Source: Bacillota bacterium
Lineage (GTDB): Bacteria; Bacillota; Clostridia; Christensenellales; CAG-138
Assembly: GCA_016286445.1 (NCBI GenBank)
Contig: JAEESS010000007.1
Coordinates: 3,318-67,317 of the forward strand
Direction of reading: 5' to 3'
DNA: 64,000 bases
A model generated the notes under the pieces. That model ran no database searches. It was not told the DNA's origin and saw only the letters and a program-made list of their open reading frames with translations. The position numbers and the translations under genes are program-made. Below, one piece after another: positions 1 through 9,308 of the stretch (position 1 is the stretch's first letter; every line of letters begins with the position of its first letter).

Positions 1-621
1 CCCGCGGTCTACGCAACGCTTGCGAATCGCGGATACTTCGATAAGAAAGAGCTTTTGACGCTGAACCGCGGCGGCACGAATCTGCCGAGCCACTGCGACA
101 TGAACCGCACCGTCGGGATCGACATGACGACGGGGTCTCTCGGTCAGGGCTTTTCCTGCGCGGTGGGCATCGCTTTGGGCAGCAAGCTTGAAAACGACAG
201 CGCGACGATCTACACGCTGATCGGCGACGGCGAAAGCCAGGAGGGACAGATCTGGGAAGCGGCGATGTTCGCGGCGAGCAAGAAGCTGGATAACCTGATC
301 GCCTTTACCGACTACAACAAGCTGCAGATCGACGGCACGGTCGAAGAGGTCAACGGCATCGCGCCTTTGGACGAAAAATGGAGAGCGTTCGGCTGGAACG
401 TGATCGACGTCGAGGACGGCAACGACATCGACGAGGTCAGCGCGGCTGTCAAGCACGCAAAGCTCGGCATCGGCTCCGGCAAGCCCACGATGGTGATCCT
501 GAATACCAGAAAGGGCTGCGGCGTCAAGTGGATCGAGGATCTCGGCACAGCAAACCACAACACGAACGTTTCGGAAGAGCAGGCGGAAGCCGCGATCCGG
601 GAACTCAGAGGGGAGGCATGA
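1..621 (+). CDS. Transketolase, N-terminal (thiamine-diphosphate-binding) subunit; 5' end cut by window edge
   Basis: Frame 1 is open from base 1. Translation contains GSLGQGFSCAVGIALG and IGDGESQEGQIWEAAMFAASKKLDNL (TPP-binding GDG...N region of split transketolases). Its stop overlaps the next start (ATGA at 618-621). Confidence 0.9.
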   Translation, partial: PAVYATLANRGYFDKKELLTLNRGGTNLPSHCDMNRTVGIDMTTGSLGQGFSCAVGIALGSKLENDSATIYTLIGDGESQEGQIWEAAMFAASKKLDNLIAFTDYNKLQIDGTVEEVNGIAPLDEKWRAFGWNVIDVEDGNDIDEVSAAVKHAKLGIGSGKPTMVILNTRKGCGVKWIEDLGTANHNTNVSEEQAEAAIRELRGEA

Positions 622-1550
622 CCATGGAAATGCGGGCGATTTATGCGGAATTTCTCGGTAAGCTGATGGAGCAGGATAAACACGTCGTGCTTTTGGACGC
701 GGACCTTGCGAAGGCGAGCGGCACGATCAAGCTGCGCGAGAAATACTACGGCACGCAGATCTTTGACTGCGGCGTCGCGGAACAGAACATGGCGTCGATC
801 GCGGCGGGACTTAGTAGCTACGGGTTCAAGCCGTGGATCGAAAGCTTCACGCCGTTTGCGAGCCGCCGGATCTGCGATCAGATCGCGATCTCGATCGCGT
901 ATGCGAAGCAGAACGTCAAGATCGTCGGCACCGACCCGGGCATTTCAGCGGAGCTGAACGGCGGTACGCACATGAGCATGGAGGACATCGGCGTGCTGCG
1001 CTCGATCCCCGAGCTCGTGATCTTCGAGCCGGTCGACGGCGTGCAGCTTCGTGCGGCGATGCCGGTGCTCAACGACTACCCCGGCGCGGTCTATGTGCGC
1101 CTGTTCCGCAAGGAGCTTCCGGACGTGTTCCCGGCAGATTACAGGTTCGATCTCTTCAAGGCGGACGTTCTCAAAGAGGGCAAGGACCTTTCGATCTTCG
1201 TTTCCGGCATGCTCACGAAGGACGTGCTGGACGCGGCGGCGGAGCTCGAAAAAGAAGGCGTCTGCTGCGACGTTCTGAACATCCACACCATCAAGCCGAT
1301 CGACCGCGAGGCGGTGCTTGCGTCGGCGAAAAAGACCGGCGCCGTGCTGACGGTCGAAAACCACAACGTGATCGGCGGACTGCACTCCGCGGTGCTCGAA
1401 GCGCTTGCAAAGGAGAAGATCCCGGTCTGCGCGGTGGGCGTCATGGATCGGTTCGGCGAGGTCGGCAAGCTGCCGTATCTTCGCGAGGCGACCGGGCTCA
1501 CAAAAGAAAACATCATCAAGACCGCGAAGGAAGCGGTCACGCTCAAATAA
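618..1550 (+). CDS. Transketolase, C-terminal (pyrimidine-binding) subunit
   Basis: MTMEMRAIYAEFLGKLMEQDKHVVLLDADLAKASG...FDCGVAEQNMASIAAGL is typical of the split-transketolase C subunit. The track ORF 378..1550 extends upstream only by overlapping the previous gene out of frame. Confidence 0.9.
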   Translation: MTMEMRAIYAEFLGKLMEQDKHVVLLDADLAKASGTIKLREKYYGTQIFDCGVAEQNMASIAAGLSSYGFKPWIESFTPFASRRICDQIAISIAYAKQNVKIVGTDPGISAELNGGTHMSMEDIGVLRSIPELVIFEPVDGVQLRAAMPVLNDYPGAVYVRLFRKELPDVFPADYRFDLFKADVLKEGKDLSIFVSGMLTKDVLDAAAELEKEGVCCDVLNIHTIKPIDREAVLASAKKTGAVLTVENHNVIGGLHSAVLEALAKEKIPVCAVGVMDRFGEVGKLPYLREATGLTKENIIKTAKEAVTLK

Positions 1551-1567
1551 TACAGGAGGAACAGTTT

Positions 1568-2044
1568 ATGAAACTTGCAATCGGAAGCGATAAATCCGGC
1601 TTTGCCGTGAAGGAAGCGATCAAGGCGTATCTTACCGAGGCGGGCGCCGAATTCGACGACCTCGGCACTGTGGATCTCAATGAAGTCCATCCCTACTACC
1701 GCGTCGCGAACGACGTCGCGCCGCTTGTGCAGAACGGAACGTATGAGAAGGCGGTTTTGATCTGCGGCACCGGCGCGGGCATGTGCGTCGTGTCCAATAA
1801 GTTCAAGGGCGTCCACGCCGTCGCGTGCGAGGGCGTGTATTCCGCGAAAATGGCGCGCGCAATCAACAACGCGAACGTGCTGTGCATGGGCGGCTGGATC
1901 GTCGGTCCCGAGATGGCGATCGAGATGGTCAAAGCGTTCCTCCATACCGAATGGTGCGAGGGGCTCGAGGACTGGCGCGCGGTGAACATGCACAAGTTCT
2001 CCGCTGAGGTCCAAAAGATCGAGGACGGGATCTATGGCGCTTGA
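1568..2044 (+). CDS. rpiB: RpiB/LacA/LacB-family sugar-phosphate isomerase
   Basis: MKLAIGSDKSGFAVKEAIKAYL...LICGTGAGMCVVSNKFKGVHAVAC matches the RpiB fold pattern. RBS AGGAGGA at 1554-1560. Confidence 0.85.
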   Translation: MKLAIGSDKSGFAVKEAIKAYLTEAGAEFDDLGTVDLNEVHPYYRVANDVAPLVQNGTYEKAVLICGTGAGMCVVSNKFKGVHAVACEGVYSAKMARAINNANVLCMGGWIVGPEMAIEMVKAFLHTEWCEGLEDWRAVNMHKFSAEVQKIEDGIYGA

Positions 2045-3131
2045 GTTTTTGTACCGCCAGCCGGTTGCGATCCGGTTCGGCGTCGGCAGCATCGATCAGC
2101 TCGGCGAAGCGATCAGATCGCTCGGCGCGTCGCGCTGTCTCGTCGTCTGCGACCGGTTTTTAAGGACCAGGGTCGAAGCGATGCAGCGGAAGATCCCGGA
2201 GATCGCGGCGATCTTTTCGGACGTGGAGGAGAACCCGCAGCTGAAAGGCGTCATCGCGGCGACGGCGCTTGCGCGGGAAGCGAACGTCGACGCCATCGTC
2301 GGCGTCGGCGGCGGCAGCACCATGGACACGGCGAAATTCACGGCGGCGATCGCGCGGGAAAACGCCGACGCGCTTGCGTGTTTCAAAGGGGAAATGCCGT
2401 TTCCGAAGACGCGTTTTCCGATGATCGCGGTCCCGACGACCGCCGGCACCGGCAGCGAGGTCACGCAGGTCTCGGTCATCAGCCACGGAAAAGAGAAGAA
2501 GACGATCAACAATCCGGTCTTTATGCCGACGCTTGCGATCGTCGATCCGGCGCTTACGGTCACCGTGCCGCCGCGCACAACGATGAACACCGGGCTCGAC
2601 GCGATGGCGCACGCGCTGGAGGGATACTGGAGCAAACATCATCAGCCAATCTCCGATCTTTGCGCGATCGAAGCGGTGCGGCTCGTGCTCAAAAACCTTG
2701 AGACCGCGTACCGCGACGGAGCAAATCTTGCCGCGCGTGAGAATATGTCGCTTGCGGCGCTTTTGGGCGGCATGAGCTTTGCGCTTCCGAAGACCGCGGG
2801 CAGTCACGCGTGCAGCTATCCGCTTTCCGAGGATTATCATCTGCCGCACGGCGAGGCGTGCGCGTTCACGCTGGACAGCTTTGTGCGCATCAACGCGGAC
2901 GAACGGCTTGAAACGCTCTGCCATAGGGTCGGACTTTCCGGCACGGACGAGCTTGCGGACCGGATCAAAGCGCTCAAAAAGCTTGCGGGGCTTAAAACGA
3001 CACTTTCCGATCTCGGCAACGTCGATTTGGATAAGCTCGCGCGCGACGCGGCAAAGCATCCGCTGATGGGCAACAACCCCGTCGCAATGGACGAAGCCGC
3101 GCTGCGGAATATGTTTGAAGCATTGAAATGA
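2034..3131 (+). CDS. Iron-containing (group III) alcohol dehydrogenase family protein
   Basis: GVGGGSTMDTAKF, AVPTTAGTGSEVT and metal-site His region AMAHALEGYWS...SHACSYPL; 365 aa. Overlaps the rpiB stop. Confidence 0.8.
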   Translation: MALEFLYRQPVAIRFGVGSIDQLGEAIRSLGASRCLVVCDRFLRTRVEAMQRKIPEIAAIFSDVEENPQLKGVIAATALAREANVDAIVGVGGGSTMDTAKFTAAIARENADALACFKGEMPFPKTRFPMIAVPTTAGTGSEVTQVSVISHGKEKKTINNPVFMPTLAIVDPALTVTVPPRTTMNTGLDAMAHALEGYWSKHHQPISDLCAIEAVRLVLKNLETAYRDGANLAARENMSLAALLGGMSFALPKTAGSHACSYPLSEDYHLPHGEACAFTLDSFVRINADERLETLCHRVGLSGTDELADRIKALKKLAGLKTTLSDLGNVDLDKLARDAAKHPLMGNNPVAMDEAALRNMFEALK

Positions 3132-4054
3132 GAGAGAGATTCAAGGACGTCGGTATGATCGCCGGCATGGTGATCGCGTGGACGATCTACTATGCGGTCA
3201 GCAAATTCATGGTGGACCGGACGGGATCCCCGTACGCGGCAGGCTTTCTGCTGCGCGCGGCGGCGCTCGTCTTTCTCACCGTGCAGCTTGCGGCGACCGG
3301 CGGCTTCAAGGATCTGTTCCGGCAGGGCAGGGCGACCGTGATCCTGGTGATCATCGGCGTGTTCGGATTCCTCTTGGATCTCTTTGCCAACCTCGGCTAT
3401 GCAAACGGCGGTTCGCTCGGCACCGGAACGGCGCTACTGAAGACCGATGTGCTGATGGTGAATCTTCTGACCGTTGCGATCTATCGGAAGCGTCTGTACG
3501 CGACCGACTGGATCGGCAGCATTCTGATGCTTGCGGGCGTGCTGCTGGTGCTCGGACTGGATTTTCGGGAGCTCAGTTTCCGTCCGACGGATCTGTTTTT
3601 CATCGCAAGCGCGGCGTGCGTCACGGCAAATGCGTTTATCATCAAGGCTGCGCAGGACAGGCACGGGCAGAAGGCGGACACGATCTCGTATTACAACAAC
3701 TTCGTCGTACTGCTGCTGTTCGCTGCTTTTGCGATTTCCCGCGGGGACCTTGCGGCGCTGAAACCGTCCGAAACACCGGGCTTCTGGTGGCTCGTCGCGC
3801 TCGGCGGACTGGCGCAGACCGGGATCTATTTCTTCTATTACCGGAACCTCAAACGGCACGAGGTCTGGATCGTCAAGCTCTGGCTTCTTCTGATGCCGGT
3901 TTTGAGCTGCATCGTCGGCGTGCTGTTTCTGAACGAGGAACCGACGGTATGGAAGCTTGTCGGTGTCGGCGTGGTGCTTTTGGGCGCAACGGTCATCCTG
4001 CTGCGCAGCAAGCTGCATCCGGAGAACAAACAACCGAAACGGGAGGACGCGTAA
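3128..4054 (+). CDS. EamA/DMT-superfamily membrane transporter
   Basis: 308 aa and hydrophobic throughout, with a two-half layout typical of EamA repeats. Start overlaps the previous stop (ATGA). Family call is by resemblance only. Confidence 0.65.
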   Translation: MRERFKDVGMIAGMVIAWTIYYAVSKFMVDRTGSPYAAGFLLRAAALVFLTVQLAATGGFKDLFRQGRATVILVIIGVFGFLLDLFANLGYANGGSLGTGTALLKTDVLMVNLLTVAIYRKRLYATDWIGSILMLAGVLLVLGLDFRELSFRPTDLFFIASAACVTANAFIIKAAQDRHGQKADTISYYNNFVVLLLFAAFAISRGDLAALKPSETPGFWWLVALGGLAQTGIYFFYYRNLKRHEVWIVKLWLLLMPVLSCIVGVLFLNEEPTVWKLVGVGVVLLGATVILLRSKLHPENKQPKREDA

Positions 4055-5275
4055 ATGCGAACCGAAGGCGACAACATGATCGGGTTGAGACGCCAGAACC
4101 GCGCCGCGGTGCTTCTGCTGCTGCACCGGCACGGCGGGCTTTCCAGAAAGCGTCTTGCGGCGCTTTTGGGGCTGACGCCTGCCGCCGTGACCAAGATCGC
4201 GGCGGAGCTCATCGGGGAGGGGCTGATTTATGAGGACGGCTCCGTGCCCTCCGACGGCGCAGGGCGGCGGGAGATCACGCTGCGGCTTGCGGACCATAGA
4301 ATGTCGGCGCTCGGCGTTTCGATCGGGCTCGGAAAGGCAAGCGTGTCCGCCGTGCGGGCGGACGGGACCGTGCTGTTCTTTGAAACGGTTCCGCTGCCGA
4401 TTCGCGCGTCTGCGGAACAGACGGTGCAGCTGCTCTGCGATCATCTGATGAAACAGATTCATGCGTGCAGATCCGGCTTCGGCAAGCTTCTCGGCATCGG
4501 CATTGCGGTCCGCGGCGTGATCGGCGCGGACGGCAGGACCGTGAAGTCGAGCTTTGACGCGCTGGACGCGGAGGATTTTCCGATCTGCGACAGCTTCGAG
4601 GCGTACACGGGCTTTCCCACGGTGCTCTCAAACAACGTCCGCGCGCTGCTTTCGGCGGAGGCGTATCTGTCCCGGGACGAAAAGCCGCAGAGCATCTTCT
4701 TTCTGCGGTGCGGTACGGGCATCGGCGCGGCGTTTGCCGTCGGCAACGAGATCATGGAGGGTGATCGTCGGCAGTTTGCCGAGATCGGGCATATCCCGGT
4801 GATCCGACGCGGCGGAAAACCCTGTCACTGCGGAAAGTCCGGCTGTCTCGAAACGATCGCGTCTCCTGCGGCAATGCGTGAGGACGCGCAGACGATCCTT
4901 TCGCCGGAGCAGACGCCGCTTCTATGGCAAATGACAAACGGAAACCGCGACGCGGTCACGACCGCGCATGTTCTGGACGCGGCGCGCGGCGGCGATGCCG
5001 GCGCAATGAAGCTTGCGGATCGGGCGGCGGAAGCGCTTGCGGGCGCGCTGAAGAGCGTCGTTTACCTCATGGATCCGGGCAAGATCGTGCTGTACGGCGA
5101 GATCTTCGAGCATCCGTATTTTCTGTCAAAGCTTCTTGCGGAGATGGACGTCGGCGTGGACGCGGCGCATGCGGTGCCGATGGAGAAGAGCCGCTTCAAC
5201 GGACAGCTTGAACGCAAGGCGGCGGGGCTTTTGTACATCATGCAGTTTTATAAGGACGGAGGAATTATTGAATGA
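4055..5275 (+). CDS. ROK-family transcriptional regulator
   Basis: N-terminal winged HTH (LSRKRLAALLGLTPAAVTKIAAELIGEGLI) plus a ROK domain with zinc motif GHIPVIRRGGKPCHCGKSGCLET. Confidence 0.8.
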   Translation: MRTEGDNMIGLRRQNRAAVLLLLHRHGGLSRKRLAALLGLTPAAVTKIAAELIGEGLIYEDGSVPSDGAGRREITLRLADHRMSALGVSIGLGKASVSAVRADGTVLFFETVPLPIRASAEQTVQLLCDHLMKQIHACRSGFGKLLGIGIAVRGVIGADGRTVKSSFDALDAEDFPICDSFEAYTGFPTVLSNNVRALLSAEAYLSRDEKPQSIFFLRCGTGIGAAFAVGNEIMEGDRRQFAEIGHIPVIRRGGKPCHCGKSGCLETIASPAAMREDAQTILSPEQTPLLWQMTNGNRDAVTTAHVLDAARGGDAGAMKLADRAAEALAGALKSVVYLMDPGKIVLYGEIFEHPYFLSKLLAEMDVGVDAAHAVPMEKSRFNGQLERKAAGLLYIMQFYKDGGIIE

Positions 5276-5940
5276 ACACACTCGATGCGCTTCGTAGCAA
5301 GAATCCGGATCTGCCGCTGTTTGCGGTGACCGATCCCGCGTTTGCGCCGTACGGGCGGATCCTTCCCTGCGCGGACAAAGCGGCGCTTTCCCTTGCGATG
5401 GAAAAGACCGGCATTCCGGAAAACGGCAATTGCTATGTGGCGAGCGATCCGGCGCTGGAAGCGCTCAGAGCGATCGAAACGGTGGGCAAGACCGTGTTCG
5501 GCGGCATGCCGATCCAGGCGGGCTTCTGTAACGGCAGAGGTTTTACGCTGAACGCCGAGGAGTATCATAAGTGCAGCGAGGTCAATTATACGACCACGGG
5601 GCTTGTGCTGCTGCTTGCACTGCCGTCGGATATCCGCGACCGCACGCTTGATGCGAGGGACGTTAAGGGCTTTTACCTCCCGCCCGAAACGCTTATAGAG
5701 ATCCATCCGCGCGTGCTGCATTTCGCGCCGTGCCGGATCAAAGAATCCGGCTTCAACTGCCTTGTCGTGCTTGAACGCGGCACGAACGCGCCTTTGGACG
5801 CGGTCGACACGTCCGCGCCGGGCGAAGCGGGTCTTTTGTGGATGCAAAACAAATGGCTTATCTGCCATCCGGATTCCCCGCAGGCAGGCAAGGGCGCATT
5901 TGTCGGTATTACGGGGGAAAACCTGACGCTGAAGATCTGA
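5272..5940 (+). CDS. Conserved hypothetical protein, DUF4867-like (family name recalled, not verified)
   Basis: 222-aa ORF overlapping the ROK stop (ATGA). N-terminus ...LPLFAVTDPAFAPYGRIL... resembles DUF4867/ureidoglycolate-lyase-like cupins. No catalytic motif recognised. Confidence 0.5.
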   Translation: MNTLDALRSKNPDLPLFAVTDPAFAPYGRILPCADKAALSLAMEKTGIPENGNCYVASDPALEALRAIETVGKTVFGGMPIQAGFCNGRGFTLNAEEYHKCSEVNYTTTGLVLLLALPSDIRDRTLDARDVKGFYLPPETLIEIHPRVLHFAPCRIKESGFNCLVVLERGTNAPLDAVDTSAPGEAGLLWMQNKWLICHPDSPQAGKGAFVGITGENLTLKI

Positions 5941-6034
5941 CGCGCCCATAACGCGGCGGGACAGAACGTTTTTCAGCCGATCGGATCGCACCCGCCGGCG
6001 CAGCAAAGCGGTCCCGGGGCAAAAAGACGGCAGG

Positions 6035-6063
6035 TTGACAAAGCCATGGGGCGCGAGTATACT
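6035..6063 (+). promoter_or_regulatory. Sigma-A-type promoter (TTGACA-17-TATACT)
   Basis: TTGACA at 6035-6040, a 17-nt spacer, then TATACT at 6058-6063. The ATG at 6070 lies 7 nt after the -10 box. Confidence 0.45.
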
Positions 6064-6069
6064 GTCATT

Positions 6070-7038
6070 ATGAAAAATGTACGATATTTGATAAAAAGAA
6101 CGTTCGAAATTTTGTTTGCCGTGCTGTTTCTGACAAGCGGCTGCGCGCCGGCGCAGTCTGCGGAGCAGGCGGCGGAGTCGTCCGCTGCACAAAGCGCGAC
6201 GTCTGAGGCTTCCGATGAAATTGAATCGATACAGACGCAAACGGCGTCGCCCGCGCCGACCGCGTCGCCGACGCCCGAACCCACGCCGACTGCGACGCCG
6301 ACGTCTGTTCCGACGCCGACTGCGGTGCCGACGCCTGTGCCTGTTTCGGACGAGGAGCTGAACAGCGGCGCGCTGGATTCGTTTTTCAACGATTCGGTTT
6401 TGATCGGCGATTCGATGACCTCGGGCTTTTCGCACTATATTATTGCGCAGCGCGATAAAGACGGCGCGTGCCTCGGCAATATGAAATGCATCGGAGAAAG
6501 CGGACTGTTTTTGAAACTTGCATATCAAGTGGAGATCGGGAAGCGCTTACCGGGTCTGCCGTATCGCGGACGCAATTACAGCGTTTCCGATCTGGTACAG
6601 CTGCTCGGCGTAAAGACACTTTATCTGATGCTCGGCGTGAACGACGGGTATGCGTACAGCAGCACCATTGAAGACAGCATTCATCATTTCGACGAGATTA
6701 TCCGCTACACGCGGGAGAAATCGCCAGATGTGCGGATCGTGCTTATCACGATCCCTCCGGTGCTGAAAATCTATGCGCAGAAATATCCCTGCGATCCCCG
6801 TTATAATTTCGACGTCAATGAAGCGCTGTACCGGTACTGCGAAGAAAACGGCTTCGATGTGGTGGAGCTTGCCGAGCGCTTGCGCGGAGAGGACGGGTAT
6901 TTGGACCGAACCTATTGCAGCGACAATGCGTTTCATCTGAATTACGACGGCGACGCGGTGTGGCTTGCGGCGCTGCGTGAATATGCAAGGACGCAGTATG
7001 AGACCGGCGCATGGACGCCGGAAGAAACGGGAAACTGA
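6070..7038 (+). CDS. Secreted/lipoprotein SGNH (GDSL) hydrolase with Pro/Thr-rich linker
   Basis: MKNVRYLIKRTFEILFAVLFLTSGC (signal peptide plus lipobox-like Cys). PT-rich linker PTASPTPEPTPTATPTSVPTPTAVPTPVP. SGNH block I VLIGDSMTSGF and block V DNAFHL. The track start 6046 would sit inside the promoter. Confidence 0.7.
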   Translation: MKNVRYLIKRTFEILFAVLFLTSGCAPAQSAEQAAESSAAQSATSEASDEIESIQTQTASPAPTASPTPEPTPTATPTSVPTPTAVPTPVPVSDEELNSGALDSFFNDSVLIGDSMTSGFSHYIIAQRDKDGACLGNMKCIGESGLFLKLAYQVEIGKRLPGLPYRGRNYSVSDLVQLLGVKTLYLMLGVNDGYAYSSTIEDSIHHFDEIIRYTREKSPDVRIVLITIPPVLKIYAQKYPCDPRYNFDVNEALYRYCEENGFDVVELAERLRGEDGYLDRTYCSDNAFHLNYDGDAVWLAALREYARTQYETGAWTPEETGN

Positions 7039-7100
7039 AGCCGATCCTGCCGTATCGCGGTTCTGACAAGACTTTGACCGCATCCCTTTCACACACAATC

Positions 7101-7141
7101 AAAAAAAACGGTCTGCCGAGATCATTTCGGCAGACCGTTTT
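7101..7141. terminator. Bidirectional intrinsic terminator between convergent genes
   Basis: Perfect 15-bp inverted repeat AAAACGGTCTGCCGA / TCGGCAGACCGTTTT (7105-7119 / 7127-7141), flanked by an A-run and a T-run. Confidence 0.75.
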
Positions 7142-7148
7142 GCATTCG

Positions 7149-8321
7149 TCAGATTCTTGCAACGCCGCTCTTACGCGCCGCTTCTGCGACCGCCGCCGCG
7201 ACCGCCTTGCCCACGCGCGGGTCGAAGGCTTTCGGAATGATGTAGTCCGGGGAAAGCTCCTCAGGGGAGATCAGATCCGCGAGCGCCTTTGCCGCCGCCA
7301 TCTTCATCTCCTCGTTGATGTCGCTTGCGCGGACGTCGAACGTGCCGCGGAAGATGCCCGGGAACGCCAGAACGTTGTTGATCTGGTTCGGGTAGTCGCT
7401 TCTGCCCGTTGCGATGACCTTTGCGCCGCCCGCCTTTGCGTCGTCCGGGAAGATCTCGGGCGTCGGGTTCGCGCAGGCAAAGACGATCGCGTCGCGGTTC
7501 ATGGTCTTTACCATCTCGGTCGTGACCGTGCCGGGCGCCGAAACGCCGATGAACACGTCCGCGCCGACGAGCATGTCCGCGATGCTGCCCGCTTTGCGAT
7601 CGAGGTTCGTGACCTCCGCCATCTCCTCCTTGATCCAGTTCAGTCCGTCTCTGCCCTTGTAGATCGCACCCTTGCGGTCGCACATGGTGACGTTTTTGAA
7701 GCCCGCGGAAAGCAGCAGCTTCACGATCGAGACCGCCGCCGCGCCTGCGCCGGAGGTGACGACTTTGACGTCCTCCTTCTTCTTGCCAACCACTTTCAGC
7801 GCATTGGTAAGTCCCGCAAGCGTGATAACCGCGGTGCCGTGCTGATCGTCGTGGAAGATCGGAATGTCGCACTTCTCCTTGAGCTTGCGCTCGATCTCAA
7901 AACAGCGGGGCGCCGAGATGTCCTCAAGATTGATGCCGCCGAAAGATCCGGAGAGCAGATACACCGCGTTGACGAACTCATCCACGTCGTGCGTCTTGAT
8001 GCACAGCGGGAACGCGTCGACGTTGCCGAACGACTTGAAGAGCACGCACTTGCCCTCCATGACCGGCATGCCGGCTTCGGGACCGATGTCGCCGAGACCC
8101 AGCACCGCGCTGCCGTCGGTGATGACCGCGCAGAGGTTGTGGCGGCGGGTCAGCTCATAGCTCTTGTTGATATCCTTCTGGATCTCCAGGCACGGCTGCG
8201 CCACGCCGGGGGTGTAAGCGAGGCTCAGGTCGTCCTTTGTGGCGACGGGAACCGTTGCGATGACTTCGATCTTGCCCTTCCATTCTCCGTGCAGCCGGAG
8301 CGATTCTTTTGCGTAATCCAT
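7149..8321 (-). CDS. NAD(P)-dependent malic enzyme (short, YtsJ-like form)
   Basis: MDYAKESLRLHGEWKGKIEVIATVPVATKDDLSLAYTPGVAQPC...FHDDQHGTAVITLAGL...GAGAAAV is a classical malic-enzyme N-terminal plus NAD-binding pattern. Confidence 0.9.
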   Translation of the reverse strand: MDYAKESLRLHGEWKGKIEVIATVPVATKDDLSLAYTPGVAQPCLEIQKDINKSYELTRRHNLCAVITDGSAVLGLGDIGPEAGMPVMEGKCVLFKSFGNVDAFPLCIKTHDVDEFVNAVYLLSGSFGGINLEDISAPRCFEIERKLKEKCDIPIFHDDQHGTAVITLAGLTNALKVVGKKKEDVKVVTSGAGAAAVSIVKLLLSAGFKNVTMCDRKGAIYKGRDGLNWIKEEMAEVTNLDRKAGSIADMLVGADVFIGVSAPGTVTTEMVKTMNRDAIVFACANPTPEIFPDDAKAGGAKVIATGRSDYPNQINNVLAFPGIFRGTFDVRASDINEEMKMAAAKALADLISPEELSPDYIIPKAFDPRVGKAVAAAVAEAARKSGVARI

Positions 8322-8342
8322 GTATATTCTCCTTTTTTGAGT

Positions 8343-9305
8343 TTACTTTCTTGCGAGCACGTTTTTGACCTGTGATTCAATGTGCGCGGCGGTCAGACCG
8401 AAGCGCTCCTGGAGATATCCCTGCGTGCCGACCTCGCCGAACTCGTCCTCGACCGCAACGCAGGCGGCGGGGACAGGGCAGCGCTCCGCGAGCACTTCGA
8501 GGATCATGCTGTACAGACCGCCGTGGCGGTTTCCGTTCTCCGCGACGATAACCGCACCGCACTTCTTCGCCCACGCTTCGACCGCGTCTGCGTCGATCGG
8601 CTTGATCGTGAAGCAGTCGACGACCGCAGCGCTGATGCCCTGCGCTTCCAAGGAGGCGGCGGCTTTCATGGCTTCGTGCAGCATGATGCCCGCGGCGAAG
8701 ATCACAACGTCCTTGCCCTCTTTGAGCGTGACCGCCTTGCCGATCGGAAGCTCCGTGCCGTCCTCATAGATGCGGGCGTACTGCTTTCTGCCGACACGGA
8801 TGTACTTGACGCCGGGGCGGTTCACGCACTGCTTCAATGCGCTTGCAAGGCACGTCGGGTCGGACGCGTCGATCACCGTTGCGCCGGGCAGCGCATCATA
8901 GAGCGCGACGTCCTCGAACGGCATATGCGTGCCGCCGTTCATCGCCGCGGTGACGCCGGGATCGGTGCCGATCACGGTGATGTCGTTCTTCGCGTAGCCG
9001 CCGGACAGGAAGATCTGGTCGTAGATGCGGCGCGAGGCGAACGTGCCGAAGCTGTGGATGATCGGCTTGAAGCCCGCGGCGGAAAGACCTGCCGCAACGC
9101 CCGCCATATTCGCTTCGGCGATGCCGCAGTCGATCGCGCGGTCGCCGTGCGTTTTGGACCACTTCAGCGTGCCGGAGCAGCTCATCAGGTCCGCGTCCAA
9201 AAAGATCACGTCGGGATCATGCTCGCATAGATCGGCAACCGTTGCGCCGATCACGTCCTTGCAAAGCCGCGGATCCATTTCTCCGTTATAAACGATCTTT
9301 GTCAT
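8343..9305 (-). CDS. Transketolase, C-terminal subunit (second copy)
   Basis: ...DVIFLDADLMSCSGTLKW...IDCGIAEANMAGVAAGLSAAGFKP... is paralogous to 618..1550. Confidence 0.9.
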   Translation of the reverse strand: MTKIVYNGEMDPRLCKDVIGATVADLCEHDPDVIFLDADLMSCSGTLKWSKTHGDRAIDCGIAEANMAGVAAGLSAAGFKPIIHSFGTFASRRIYDQIFLSGGYAKNDITVIGTDPGVTAAMNGGTHMPFEDVALYDALPGATVIDASDPTCLASALKQCVNRPGVKYIRVGRKQYARIYEDGTELPIGKAVTLKEGKDVVIFAAGIMLHEAMKAAASLEAQGISAAVVDCFTIKPIDADAVEAWAKKCGAVIVAENGNRHGGLYSMILEVLAERCPVPAACVAVEDEFGEVGTQGYLQERFGLTAAHIESQVKNVLARK

Positions 9306-9308
9306 TTT

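Noticed and set aside
378-1550. N-terminal extensions of track ORFs (378..1550, 833..2044, 9309..10367, 21876..23111, 28162..29244, 32765..33736, 57300..58976, 58964..59656, 63588..63770)
   Set aside because: The extensions overlap the preceding gene out of frame and lack family similarity. Internal starts with RBS and family-typical N-termini were chosen instead.
5248-6528. 426-aa minus-strand ORF with a striking poly-Arg run (RRHRSRRRNRRRRRSRRGFGRRRRGRRGRRR)
   Set aside because: The poly-Arg run is simply the reverse complement of the Pro/Thr-rich linker of the SGNH lipoprotein. The rest is antisense to the DUF4867-like gene.
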